Shown here piece after piece: positions 38,790 to 48,149 of a DNA stretch of 64,000 bases. Made by a program: the position numbers and the translations under genes. The notes beneath the pieces are model-generated. The model saw nothing but the letters and a program-made list of their open reading frames with translations, searched no databases and was not told the DNA's origin. Each line of letters starts with the position of its first letter. Position 1 is the stretch's first letter. Source of the stretch: a virus (Duplodnaviria; Caudoviricetes); IMG/VR virus record IMGVR_UViG_2721755846_000001, positions 5,152 through 69,151 of that record; one strand, given 5' to 3'.

Positions 38790-39966
38790 TACTCCCCCAA
38801 GGAGTGGTTGACGCCGTCACGCGGCAAGGGGATCTTCTGCGTGACGGCGTCGTCGTCGTTCAGGTCAAGTCCCTGTAGCGGGACGTCTGTCGGGATGTAG
38901 GGGTCGACGCGCGGGCCGCGCCGCCAGATGGGCCGGTGCTCGCCGCGGTGACGCCGCGGGTTGCGGTGCGTCAGGTGCGAGAAGAGCGCGCCGCACGCGC
39001 CGGCGCCGACACTCGCTATGGCGATTTCGATCGCAGCGTTCACGAGTGTTCGGCTTCGAGGCGGTCGGCGCACGGCTCGCATACGGCGCCGCCCTCGATC
39101 CACCCGTACCGGTCGCCGCCCCTGAGGGCGCGGGTGCACTCCGCACAGCGGAATGCGTCGACTGCTGTCGCCATGACGTACCGCGGAATGATCAGCGGGC
39201 CGAAGACGATGGTGTCCATAGCGCCCCTCTCCCGTGCTTCAGGCAGGGGAACGGGTCACCGCAGATGGGGCAGCCGTCCCGCAGCAGCCGGAGAATCAAC
39301 CCGATCACCGCTCCTCCACCTCCACCAGGGCCATGAGTTGCGCGGCGTCGTCACCGCTGCCGCCGGTATGGCTGGCGACGACGTGGTCCCACAGCGCGGA
39401 GAACGAGGCGTCTTCGTTGTGCGGTGCCACCCGCTCTTCGTGCGTGCAGCCGCTCGTCGGGCAAGGGAAGACGCAGCCGATCACGGTGCCTCCGCTTCGT
39501 CGCAGCAGCCGCCGCACGAGGCGCGGTCGTCGTCGTCGATGTAGCCGGCTTCGTCGTCCGGCTCGATGTCACGGCCGCACCGCTCGCACTCCGAGTCGTA
39601 CGCGGCGGTGAAACGGCGGACGCCCCCGGTCGGTGGCGACTCGGGGGCGTCGGGACGCTGGAAGGGTCCGGTCATACGGGGAATTCCTTCCCGCAGCCGC
39701 AGGGGCACGGCGCCATCTCGGGGTTGTCGGGGTCGGGCGGCGGCGCTGGTACCGGCCAGACGCGGGCTTCGTCGTTGCTCATGAGTCCGGTACCTCCGTC
39801 ATGACGTGCCGCTCCCACGGCATCGCGAAGTCGTCCAGTGACTTGTCCGGCGTGATGTTGCCGAAGGACTTGCCGCACTGGCAGTGCCCCCAGAGATCGC
39901 AGTCCCCGAGTTCGACGACCAGGGCGTGACCGCCCTCCCACGACGCGGCCTCGATGTCGTCTTCGT

Positions 39967-40326
39967 TCATGACTCACGCTCCGGCCAGTGCCAAGTGCCG
40001 CCCTTGCGCGAGCGCTCCGACCAGCCACATGCGCACGGGCCGAATGCCGGGGCGTGCCTGGCCGCGTCGATGCACTCCGGATCACCCGGGTCTGTTCCGT
40101 CCGTGGTGTATGGCACGCCCCGGTTGAAGAAGAACCCTTCCGGATTCAAGACGGCGAGCCCGGCGATCCATTGCCCGTCGGTGCCGTTGGGGCAGCCGTC
40201 GAACGGCTCTGCCGTCAGGTACTGCGGCACCTCGGTGATGACCGCTGCCCGGCATACGGACGGGTGCTCGCCGCCGGGCGTGCCGTAGCTGACGTAATGG
40301 ACGATGCGTCCTACTGATGGCTTCAC
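39967..40326 (-). CDS. Conserved phage hypothetical protein
   Basis: KPSVGRIVHY...AAVIT...GTWHWPER. Confidence 0.7.
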   Translation of the reverse strand: MKPSVGRIVHYVSYGTPGGEHPSVCRAAVITEVPQYLTAEPFDGCPNGTDGQWIAGLAVLNPEGFFFNRGVPYTTDGTDPGDPECIDAARHAPAFGPCACGWSERSRKGGTWHWPERES

Positions 40327-40631
40327 GTGATCGCCTCGAATCGGTCGATGGCCAGTTCCTCGCCGCAGCCCTCGCAGGGAACGGGCTGCGTGTTCAGCCA
40401 CGCCCGCCAGAACGGGTGCGTGGTCCGCTCGATCAGGCGGCGGTGTTCCGGGCACACCGGGAACGGCGGCTGCGCGTTGCAGTCGACGTCCGCCAGGTGC
40501 CGGAAGTAGACGACCCACGCCGCGGCGTTCGGGCACGGCGGGTCTTCCAGCGCGAAGAAGCACGGGACGTTGTCCTTGAACATCTCCAGCGCCAGAGCGC
40601 GGGTATCCGCCGTCGCGATGGGCTGCGTCAT
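40323..40631 (-). CDS. Cys-rich hypothetical protein
   Basis: 102 aa, 4-nt overlaps. Confidence 0.55.
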   Translation of the reverse strand: MTQPIATADTRALALEMFKDNVPCFFALEDPPCPNAAAWVVYFRHLADVDCNAQPPFPVCPEHRRLIERTTHPFWRAWLNTQPVPCEGCGEELAIDRFEAIT

Positions 40632-40939
40632 GAGGTCAGCCCCTTCAGCCGTTCGACGCCCGCGCCAACGCGCTTCTCGAAGAACTCCGCAGGCTGGTCG
40701 GTGAAATCGTGCAGCGACACCATCGCCGCGAGGATGACGTCACACAGTTCCGCGGCCACGTCGTCGCGGGCATGCGTGACTCCCTTGCGCGGATTCCTGC
40801 CGAGTGAACCCGAGTACGCCTGCGCGACCTCGCCCAACTCTTCGGAGATCTTGACCAGGCCCATCGCCGGATCGCTGCCGCTGTTGCTGTCGTCCAGCCA
40901 CCGCACGACGTCGTCTATGTACTGCCACGCGGCCGTCAC
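40628..40939 (-). CDS. MazG-like nucleotide pyrophosphohydrolase
   Basis: KISEELGEVA...NPRKG...ELCDV. Confidence 0.85.
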   Translation of the reverse strand: MTAAWQYIDDVVRWLDDSNSGSDPAMGLVKISEELGEVAQAYSGSLGRNPRKGVTHARDDVAAELCDVILAAMVSLHDFTDQPAEFFEKRVGAGVERLKGLTS

Positions 40940-41481
40940 GTCGCACCCCCTGCCTGCTGCTCGGCAAGCCGCACCAGGTCGCCGGGCGTGACGTCGCCGG
41001 GCCAGCGCCCGTCACTGAACAGATTCCAGCCGCCGTCCATCGCGGCGCGGTCCGCGAGCTGCGAACAGATCATGGACTTCGACGACTCGATGAACCGCTT
41101 CAGTCGCGGGGTGGGGATGTGGAAGCGGTGCAGCGCCAAGGCGCCGTAGTCCGCCCAGGAGTAGGGGACGCCCCGCCTGATCAGGCGTCCGCTCGCGTCG
41201 CGCTGCGGGCCGAAGGAACGCGCGGCGTCCGCGACGGCTGCACGGCATTCCTCGGGGCAGCACAGCCATAGCGGCGTCTGGTCGTCGTACCTGGACAGCG
41301 GCGACAGCAGCGCCCCGCCCGGCATCGCTTCGATGATCTTCCCGTCGCCGACGTAGACGAAGGCGTGACTGAAGTCCGCAAAGCCGTCGCCGTTCAGCCA
41401 CTGGCCGAAGCGGATCAACTGCCCGACGTAGCCGTCTATTCGCACCAGGCCGATGTCACCGGCCTGCGGTTCGTAGGTCAT
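40936..41481 (-). CDS. Permuted papain-like NlpC/P60 (YiiX-type) enzyme
   Basis: GDI, FSHAFVYVG, IEA, PY, ICSQL, TPGDL with His before Cys. Confidence 0.8.
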   Translation of the reverse strand: MTYEPQAGDIGLVRIDGYVGQLIRFGQWLNGDGFADFSHAFVYVGDGKIIEAMPGGALLSPLSRYDDQTPLWLCCPEECRAAVADAARSFGPQRDASGRLIRRGVPYSWADYGALALHRFHIPTPRLKRFIESSKSMICSQLADRAAMDGGWNLFSDGRWPGDVTPGDLVRLAEQQAGGAT

Positions 41482-41771
41482 GAGCCATCACCGTCCGGGA
41501 TCGTCGTCCTGATCGACCAGCGGGTGACGCTCTCGGCAGCGTCCCCCGTGCCGGTCACGTGCTTGTGCCCTTCGTCGTTCAGGTCGTAGACCCGCGTCCA
41601 GACCCACAGTTCGAATGGGCTGATTCGGATCTCTGCCGTGCAGTCCGGTCGGACACCCAGGCGACGGCACAGCTCTGCGACCAGGTCTCCGGTCTCCAGC
41701 GGCTGGCTCTGTTCGGCGATGCTCACCGGCAGGTGCTCGAAGTCGGCGGGGACGTCCGTGGGGCGCCCCAT
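41478..41771 (-). CDS. Hypothetical protein
   Basis: Start MGRPTD overlapping upstream TGA. Confidence 0.5.
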   Translation of the reverse strand: MGRPTDVPADFEHLPVSIAEQSQPLETGDLVAELCRRLGVRPDCTAEIRISPFELWVWTRVYDLNDEGHKHVTGTGDAAESVTRWSIRTTIPDGDGS

Positions 41772-42688
41772 CACTTCGCCGTGTAGCAGGTAGCCCACGT
41801 GACTTCGAGCGTGGCCTTCGCACCAGGCTTGGCGTAGCCGCGGTTCGACAGCTTGCTGTTGCCGATGATCCGGCTCTCGTTCTGCCACACCCACGACGAC
41901 GTGGTCAGCGACGTCCCGCCGGACCGCAGCTTCTTCCCGTCCAGGTAGACGGTGACCGTGCCGCCGCGGCGCTCCCACGTGTACGTGTGCGCGGTCGTCA
42001 TGTACGCGGACGTCTGGACGTTCCACTCGCCGCCGCCGTGGTTGAACATCGCCACGTTGGAATCGGTGTAGTCGTCCACCTCGGGGTAGTCGACTTCGGC
42101 GCGGCCTTCGTAGCGCAGCCATGCCGACTTGAAGCCGGGGTTGGCCTGCGTCACCTTGACGCGGGCGCTGTACCGGCCGTCGCGCAGGTTCATGCACTTC
42201 TTGGGGACGACCGTGCCGACGACGTTGTTGCCGCCGCCAGCCGGCCGGTACATGGCGACCTTGAGCGTGCCGCCGCCGTCGTAGCCCTTGCCGATCGACA
42301 CCGTCTTCTGCGGCTCGTAGGTGCCGCCGTACGGGGCGCCCCCGTTGCCGTCGTTACCGGACTTGGCGGTGTCGTCCCAGCCCGACGGGTACGCCCACAA
42401 AGTGTCGCGCCACTTGCCCTTCAGCCCGGAGCAGTAGGCGTTGGGGCGGTCGGCGTTGTTGTTGCAGCCGCTGAATGAGCCGACCTTCACGGGCGCCGCA
42501 ACAGCGGAGTTGAAGTTCTCCGCCCACACCTGATGCCAGCCGGGGAGGTCCCCCGTCGGCATCGAGTTGGAGACAGGCGCCCCGGACGCGCCGGGGGCAA
42601 AAGAAAGGGCCGCCACGATGACGGCCCCTGTAGTGGCGGCTACCCCCGCCATAATGGATCGCTGCTTTACCTTCGCGTGCTTACCCAT
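41771..42688 (-). CDS. Secreted GH16-like glycoside hydrolase
   Basis: Signal peptide; W..VWAENF, GRYSARVK, EVDYPE (ExDxxE), HTYTWE, YLDG. Confidence 0.75.
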   Translation of the reverse strand: MGKHAKVKQRSIMAGVAATTGAVIVAALSFAPGASGAPVSNSMPTGDLPGWHQVWAENFNSAVAAPVKVGSFSGCNNNADRPNAYCSGLKGKWRDTLWAYPSGWDDTAKSGNDGNGGAPYGGTYEPQKTVSIGKGYDGGGTLKVAMYRPAGGGNNVVGTVVPKKCMNLRDGRYSARVKVTQANPGFKSAWLRYEGRAEVDYPEVDDYTDSNVAMFNHGGGEWNVQTSAYMTTAHTYTWERRGGTVTVYLDGKKLRSGGTSLTTSSWVWQNESRIIGNSKLSNRGYAKPGAKATLEVTWATCYTAK

Positions 42689-42700
42689 GGTTCTCCTCGT

Positions 42701-43890
42701 TCATCGCTGGGCGTCCTCTTCGAATGCGCCGGCCGCGGCGTCGACGACGCGCGCGACGAATGCGGCAGGGCCGTGAACGGATATCGCCCACAGTTGGCCG
42801 CCGTCGCGGCCGAATGACACGTCCGCCTGATATTGCGGCAGCGTGTCGGCGGGCGCGGCCGTCTTCTCTCCGTCCATGCGTTTCAGCTCCTCCGATATGC
42901 GCCCCTGCGGACGGCACGTTTCGTGCGCGCACCACGCGAATAGGTCTGACCATTCCTTGCGGCACGGGTGTTGGGCCTTTGCTGCCATCTATGGCGCCCT
43001 GTCTTTCACTAGATCGATGACGCCGCCGGGACAGATTTCCTTGGCGAGCGACTCGCCGATCTTGTACTCATCGCCCTTGGGCCACGGTCCGGAGCGGTAG
43101 ATGTAGTGGCGCATGACGACGGCCGCGCTCTCGCGCTCCCCTACGCCCCCTTCGGGGCGGACCTGGCCGCAGCCGGGGCAGTAGTAGCGGGGCGCCGTCA
43201 CGTCCGGCTCAGACAGCGGCGGCGGCACGCTGGGGATGGGCCGCTTACGCCGCCGTACCTGGTTGACTGCCATGCTCCTGGGGGTCATCGTCCGTGCCTT
43301 CCTTTGCGGGATGCCGGTAGCAGATGCCGTCGTCGGTGCCGCCGCCCTCGGCAGTCCAGACCTGTCGTCGCCGTCCGCATCTACAAGCAGGCCCTGGCGC
43401 GACTTGCTTCGCCCACAGACCCGCCTCCCATGCCGCGATATCCGCCCGGATCACTGCAACCTTTTCGGTGCTGATCTCGTTGGCAGTCTCGCGCTTCCCT
43501 TTAGCCATCCGCTTCGGCGAGTTCGACCAGCCGCCGGAAGCTCGCGGCGAGTTCGTCGACTCGCCCTTTCTCGCGGTAGCGGCGGGACGCCGATGCGGCG
43601 CTTTCGCCGGGATACCTGACGTCCAGGGATATGGATTTGAGGTCCAGCTGCGCGGCGCGGATTTTCAGCTCTGCTATGACCAGCGGGTGAACGGTCATTG
43701 GCTACCCTCCTTGCTTCACGGTCGTGGACATGGTCAGATCTCCGGTGATTTTGAAGTCGTGCTCGTAGGCGCACAGGAACGCGTCGAAGTGCTCGCCCCT
43801 GGTCGCGATGAACCCGTGCGGCAGGCAGCGGACAGCAAACCCGCCCGGCTCTTCGTCGATCCACACGACGTGCCAGCGGTCGTCTTGCAC
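42701..43890 (-). other. Cluster of about five small hypothetical genes
   Basis: ORFs 42701..42988, 42989..43288, 43245..43508, 43501..43698, 43702..43890 with tight spacing. Confidence 0.5.
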
Positions 43891-43902
43891 CGCCCCCCCT
43901 CA

Positions 43903-43936
43903 CGAAGAAAGCCCCCGACCGGATGGTCAGGGGCTG
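43903..43936 (-). terminator. Intrinsic terminator
   Basis: AGCCCCTGACC-ATCC-GGTCGGGGGCTTTCTTCG. Confidence 0.65.
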
Positions 43937-43952
43937 CGGTATTTCGAACTGC

Positions 43953-44447
43953 TCAGGCGCTGGCTCGGTCGGCCAGCTGCTGACGCCACGCGACGGAGCC
44001 GGCGACCTCGAAGGCGTACTCAGTGATCACGCATCCGAGGTGTGCGCCCGGTTTCAGGTCCGGTTGCTTCACGGGGACCAGCACGGGCACGCCGTCGCGG
44101 AAGGTGCCGAGGTGCTTCCAGACCCAGCCGTCCGGGACGTAGCGCTCGCCGGGCGGCAAGTACAGATCGCGGAGGTCGTACTCGAATCCGGTTCCCGGGT
44201 TGGTCCACGTGTTGGCTTCGGTGGCCTTCGCGCTGCACGCCTCGCACAGCTGGTCGCCGTTCATGTGGGCGGCGCAGAAGTAGAAGCCGCACCCGAACTC
44301 GTCACCGCCGGGCGTCTGCCCGCAGAGGAACGCCAAGCCTCGGTCTATCGCTTCGTCGCACCCGTCCTTGTCGCATTCGGCGTCGACCCCGTACCCGGCT
44401 TCGATCCCTTCGCCGTTGCGGGTGACTGTGTAGTACGCGTAGCCCAT
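43953..44447 (-). CDS. Cys-rich phage hypothetical protein
   Basis: MGYAYY..AGYGV.A.CD..GC...IDRGLA.LCG...GCG.YFC..H. Confidence 0.7.
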   Translation of the reverse strand: MGYAYYTVTRNGEGIEAGYGVDAECDKDGCDEAIDRGLAFLCGQTPGGDEFGCGFYFCAAHMNGDQLCEACSAKATEANTWTNPGTGFEYDLRDLYLPPGERYVPDGWVWKHLGTFRDGVPVLVPVKQPDLKPGAHLGCVITEYAFEVAGSVAWRQQLADRASA

Positions 44448-44463
44448 CGAGATCCTTTCCGGT

Positions 44464-44486
44464 CCCCGTTGCACGCTGCAACGGGG
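44464..44486. repeat. Perfect 10-bp inverted repeat at the cassette end
   Basis: CCCCGTTGCA-CGC-TGCAACGGGG. Confidence 0.8.
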
Positions 44487-44501
44487 GTGTTGCGGGGGCG
44501 G

Positions 44502-44840
44502 TCAGTCGCGGGACTGCCGCCACATGTCGCGCAGCACGACGACGCAGATCGTCAGCGCGACTGCAACGAGCGCGAGGACGGCCGCAACGATGGCGAGTCC
44601 GATCAGCAGGAAGAACGCGATCACGCCCAGGAAGGCGAGCGCGAACACCGCCGCGCAGCCGCCCGCCAGGTACATCCCCCACGGCCTTGCGACGATCGGC
44701 TGTTGCGGTGCAACGGCAGGCTGTTGCGGCCAGCCGTAGATGGGCCGTCCGTCGCTGTCGATGCCGATCTGCGGGGGCGCGGCGGGCGCCACGGGTACGG
44801 GCTGCGGCGGCGGATGGCGGGGCTGCAACGGGCTGTACAC
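44502..44840 (-). CDS. SpdD-like spread membrane protein
   Basis: Pro/Gln-rich N-terminus, long hydrophobic stretch ending ICVVVLR. Confidence 0.6.
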   Translation of the reverse strand: MYSPLQPRHPPPQPVPVAPAAPPQIGIDSDGRPIYGWPQQPAVAPQQPIVARPWGMYLAGGCAAVFALAFLGVIAFFLLIGLAIVAAVLALVAVALTICVVVLRDMWRQSRD

Positions 44841-44854
44841 GGGTTCCTCCGGAG

Positions 44855-45025
44855 CTAATTGCCGAGGCCGTGACTGACGCCGCCCTCGCGGTTCATCTGG
44901 TCAATGACTTCGTTCATGTTGTGGTGATACGTGGCGTACTGCGGGTCGTCAGCCGACGTGTTCTTGCACAGCTCCGCAGTTTCGGCGAGGTACTTGCGCA
45001 TGTCGTCGGCGCTGGGGTGGCTCAT
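44855..45025 (-). CDS. Small hypothetical protein (56 aa)
   Basis: GAGGAG RBS; MSHPSADDMRKYLAETAELCKN; below ORF-track cutoff. Confidence 0.55.
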   Translation of the reverse strand: MSHPSADDMRKYLAETAELCKNTSADDPQYATYHHNMNEVIDQMNREGGVSHGLGN

Positions 45026-45112
45026 GGATTGCTCCTCAGGTGGCGGGCTCGGGACTGCCCCCGGGCTCCCCTCACCGCCGGGAGTGCAGGGTCCGGCGGA
45101 TCGGGCAGCCAG

Positions 45113-45451
45113 TCAGATCCCGTAGCCGGCGCTGCGGGCGGCCCGCTCGACACGGCGCAGCCCGCGGGCAACTTCGCGCTCTTCGTCGCGTGCGGCACGC
45201 CTGTCCGCCCCGGTGCGGGCGGTGCGCACCTTGATCTTCGCGGCGGCGGCATCGCGCCGGGCTCCGGCGAGGACGTTGCGCATCGCCTCTTCGTCGGTCC
45301 GACGCCGCTCTTCGGCGCGGTCGTGAATGCGGTTCTGCGCGCGGTCGCTGCCGCCTGCGTTGTCGTCGCCGGCCGCGATGACGCGACGGCCGGCCTTCCA
45401 TTCCAGCCGGGCGAGACGCATGGTCTCGCCCCACGTGTACTTGCCGGGCAT
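45113..45451 (-). CDS. Arg-rich AICE/plasmid-type hypothetical protein
   Basis: Start MPGKYTWGE after AGGAGG. Confidence 0.6.
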   Translation of the reverse strand: MPGKYTWGETMRLARLEWKAGRRVIAAGDDNAGGSDRAQNRIHDRAEERRRTDEEAMRNVLAGARRDAAAAKIKVRTARTGADRRAARDEEREVARGLRRVERAARSAGYGI

Positions 45452-45486
45452 GTCGGGCCTCCTGCTGTTGCGGGGTTCGCCGGTGG

Positions 45487-45654
45487 TCACCACCAGCCGG
45501 ACTTCTTCTTGGGCACGATGTTGGGGTGGCCGTGGATCATGTGGTCCACGCACTGCGGGCAGTCCTCCCGGGGACCGAGGTCGCGGTGTGCGCGTCGGTC
45601 GTGGGCGTGCTGCCAGCACTGCGGACACTCGCCCGGTGGCGTCGAAGTGGCCAT
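45487..45654 (-). CDS. pRL2-8-like small Cys/His protein
   Basis: PPGECPQCWQHAHD...H..L.PREDCPQCVDHM..GH. Confidence 0.7.
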   Translation of the reverse strand: MATSTPPGECPQCWQHAHDRRAHRDLGPREDCPQCVDHMIHGHPNIVPKKKSGWW

Positions 45655-45680
45655 CGGCACTCCTCTCGGAGAGACGGATG

Positions 45681-45932
45681 TCATCGGGTGCCCGCGTCGT
45701 GGACGGCGCGGACGGTGTTATGGATGCGGCGGCCCACGCGAAGGCGCAGGCCGGTTGCCTTGCAGCGACGGCATGGCTTGCCGCGCCTGGGCTTGCCGTG
45801 CCGGTCCGTCTTCATGCGAAAACCCATGCCGCCGCACCTGCGGCAGTTGCCGAACGGCTTGACCCAGCAGAGCAGCGAGTAGATGGCCAGCAGTGCAATA
45901 ACGAGCGCCGTAGTGGCCAGCGCAGAAGCCAT
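45681..45932 (-). CDS. Membrane-anchored DnaJ-type zinc-finger protein, usual traB neighbour
   Basis: TM helix, PFGNCRRCGGMG...CRRCKATG.R.R.GRR. Confidence 0.7.
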   Translation of the reverse strand: MASALATTALVIALLAIYSLLCWVKPFGNCRRCGGMGFRMKTDRHGKPRRGKPCRRCKATGLRLRVGRRIHNTVRAVHDAGTR

Positions 45933-45976
45933 GACTTCCGCCTCCCAGGCGGATTTAGGGGGTGTCGCGGGGTGGG

Positions 45977-46056
45977 GGTGCTACGTGCTGCACCGCAGGC
46001 CAGCACCGCTTTAGGGTGCTAGCAGAGGTGCTACGCGTAGCAGCGGACGGTGCTAC
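45977..46056. repeat. clt-like locus with 8-bp repeats GGTGCTAC
   Basis: Perfect copies at 45977, 46027, 46049; variants at 45984, 46015; inverted variants near 46001 and 46037; abuts traB stop. Confidence 0.75.
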
Positions 46057-48149
46057 CGGCCTTGATCGAGCGAGGCGCGCTCAATGCCGCGTCTCGTGGT
46101 GCGCTTGCCGTCGTCGGTGTAGCCCGCGATGTCCTTCGTTTCGATGCCGTGCGGCTTCAGGTTCGCGGTGACGGTCTCGCCCTTCCATCCGTCGTAGATG
46201 TCGGGGCGCAGCGCGGCGAGCCTCGCGGCAACGCGCTCGTTCCAGATGCTCTTCTCGTCTGCGGCGACGACCCTGCGGACGTCGGCGACCAGATCGAATG
46301 TCGGCTCGCCGGACTCGGGGGCCTGGCCGATCGCGTGGCCGGTGACGTTGCCGTATTCCTCGCGCACGCTGCGGGCCCGCTTCGCGACCAGCTCAGCCGC
46401 GGGCGCGTCGACGAACGAACCGCACACGATGATCGGCTCGTCGCCTTCGCCGGACATCCAGCAGATGCCCTTGTCGGAGCGGCTGAACATCGTTGCCCGG
46501 TACCCCGCCTTGTACATCGACGTACTGAGAATCATGTCGTTCTCGATCTGGCCCATGACCTTCAGCGCGAAGCGGAGCACCGCGTTCGCTGAGATGCCGG
46601 TGGGCAGCGACTTCTTGTCGGGGCGCTGCGTGCCGAACATCGCGATCATCCCGAGCGCCGGCCCGCGCTTCACCAGGTCCGTGCAGATCGACTCGATCTC
46701 CGCGCCGTACTTCTCGTGTTCAAAGGCGACCTGGCATTCGTCCAGCGCAACGGCGATCGGATGCAGCCCGTACCGCTTGTCGCTGGCCAGCTGGCTCGTC
46801 ACCTTCGACTCGGGGCAGATGGCGTGCGGCAGTTCCTTGATGACCTTCGCCCGCCGCCGCAGTTCTGCCTTCAGTTCCCGCAGCGCGTACAGGCAGTACT
46901 CGACGTCTTCGTCTTCCTCGCCGGAGCGGTAGCGGTGCGCTACGCACTCCAGCGTGCGGAAGTCGCCGGTGCCCTTGAAGTCGAACATCAGCAGCACAGC
47001 CCGCGGATCGAGGGCGCACATCAGCAGCAGCAGCCGCATCAAGAACGTCTTGCCCATGCGGGGAATCGACCCGATGACGACGGACGCGAACATCAGCGTC
47101 ACGCTGATCCACTGCATGCGCTGGTCGTTGCCGAAGACGACGGGCTTGAACAGGTCGACGGTCCCCGACTTGAGCAGCGGCCACGCGGGCTTCTGCGTCT
47201 CGTTCATCGGGCGGTCCCCGACGTACAGCACGAGACGCCCTTCATGCTCGGCAGGATCGCCAGCCGGCCACACGCAGCCCAGCTTGCGGCGCAGCCCCGA
47301 GGCCATCGCCTTGCGCTCTTCCATCACGTCTTCCGGCGTGACGCCGTAGGGGAGATCGAGTTCGGCGCGGTAGCCGGGGCCGTCGCGGCAGATCTCGGAG
47401 GTGAACCGCATGCCGTCCATGTCGCCGCCCCGCTTCAGCGCGGCGTTGATCTGCGTGTTGCCGATAGCTCCGAGCGCCCGAATCACGATGGACGAAGTCA
47501 GCTTCTGGACTTCGGTCTTCAGCACAGCAGGCCCGATGACGGGGGCGTCCAGGTGCTGGCCTGCGTAGCCGAGACCCATCACGCCCGCCGCGGCGAACAC
47601 CCACAGCCAGCCGGGCGCCATTACGTACAGCGTCGCCGCCAGACCCAGGCCGATGGTTCCCGCAACGACCGTGGCGAGACCCCGCAGCCGCACCCGTCCC
47701 GCCCGCAGCCGGGCGAGGCTCATGTATTCGCTCGCGTCTTCCTGCCGCACCGCGTAGTCCCGCAGCGGCGCCGCCTCGCGGTCCCACAGCCAGCGGTTCG
47801 CGGACGTCACCAGGCGGGCAGCTCCGGCCGGTGCACGCGCCGCGAGGCGGGCCGGATACACACCGCCGACGGTGCGCACCCCGTGGTACAGCGACGCATA
47901 CGCGACGTGCGCACCGACGTGCCGTGCGGTTGCCAGGAAGTCACGGCGGTTCGTCATCCAGTTCGCGATGACAGGGCGCCGCTTCTCGGTCACCACGCCG
48001 GGCGCGGGCAAGTCCGGGTTGTCGACCAGGACGGGCGCCGCGTCGGGTTCCAGGCTGTACGTCTCGGTATCGGGGTCGGCGTCGTCGACTTTGGTGAACG
48101 TCACCGGCCGGTTGTCCAGGGCGCCGCGCGTGCCGTCGGGAATGGTCAT
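46053..48149 (-). CDS. traB: TraB, FtsK/SpoIIIE-family conjugative dsDNA translocase
   Basis: Start MTIPDG overlapping upstream TGA; two TM helices; SIPRMGKT Walker A; DFKGTGD; VALDECQ Walker B; KRGPALG, TQRP; C-terminal winged helix. Confidence 0.9.
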   Translation of the reverse strand: MTIPDGTRGALDNRPVTFTKVDDADPDTETYSLEPDAAPVLVDNPDLPAPGVVTEKRRPVIANWMTNRRDFLATARHVGAHVAYASLYHGVRTVGGVYPARLAARAPAGAARLVTSANRWLWDREAAPLRDYAVRQEDASEYMSLARLRAGRVRLRGLATVVAGTIGLGLAATLYVMAPGWLWVFAAAGVMGLGYAGQHLDAPVIGPAVLKTEVQKLTSSIVIRALGAIGNTQINAALKRGGDMDGMRFTSEICRDGPGYRAELDLPYGVTPEDVMEERKAMASGLRRKLGCVWPAGDPAEHEGRLVLYVGDRPMNETQKPAWPLLKSGTVDLFKPVVFGNDQRMQWISVTLMFASVVIGSIPRMGKTFLMRLLLLMCALDPRAVLLMFDFKGTGDFRTLECVAHRYRSGEEDEDVEYCLYALRELKAELRRRAKVIKELPHAICPESKVTSQLASDKRYGLHPIAVALDECQVAFEHEKYGAEIESICTDLVKRGPALGMIAMFGTQRPDKKSLPTGISANAVLRFALKVMGQIENDMILSTSMYKAGYRATMFSRSDKGICWMSGEGDEPIIVCGSFVDAPAAELVAKRARSVREEYGNVTGHAIGQAPESGEPTFDLVADVRRVVAADEKSIWNERVAARLAALRPDIYDGWKGETVTANLKPHGIETKDIAGYTDDGKRTTRRGIERASLDQGR

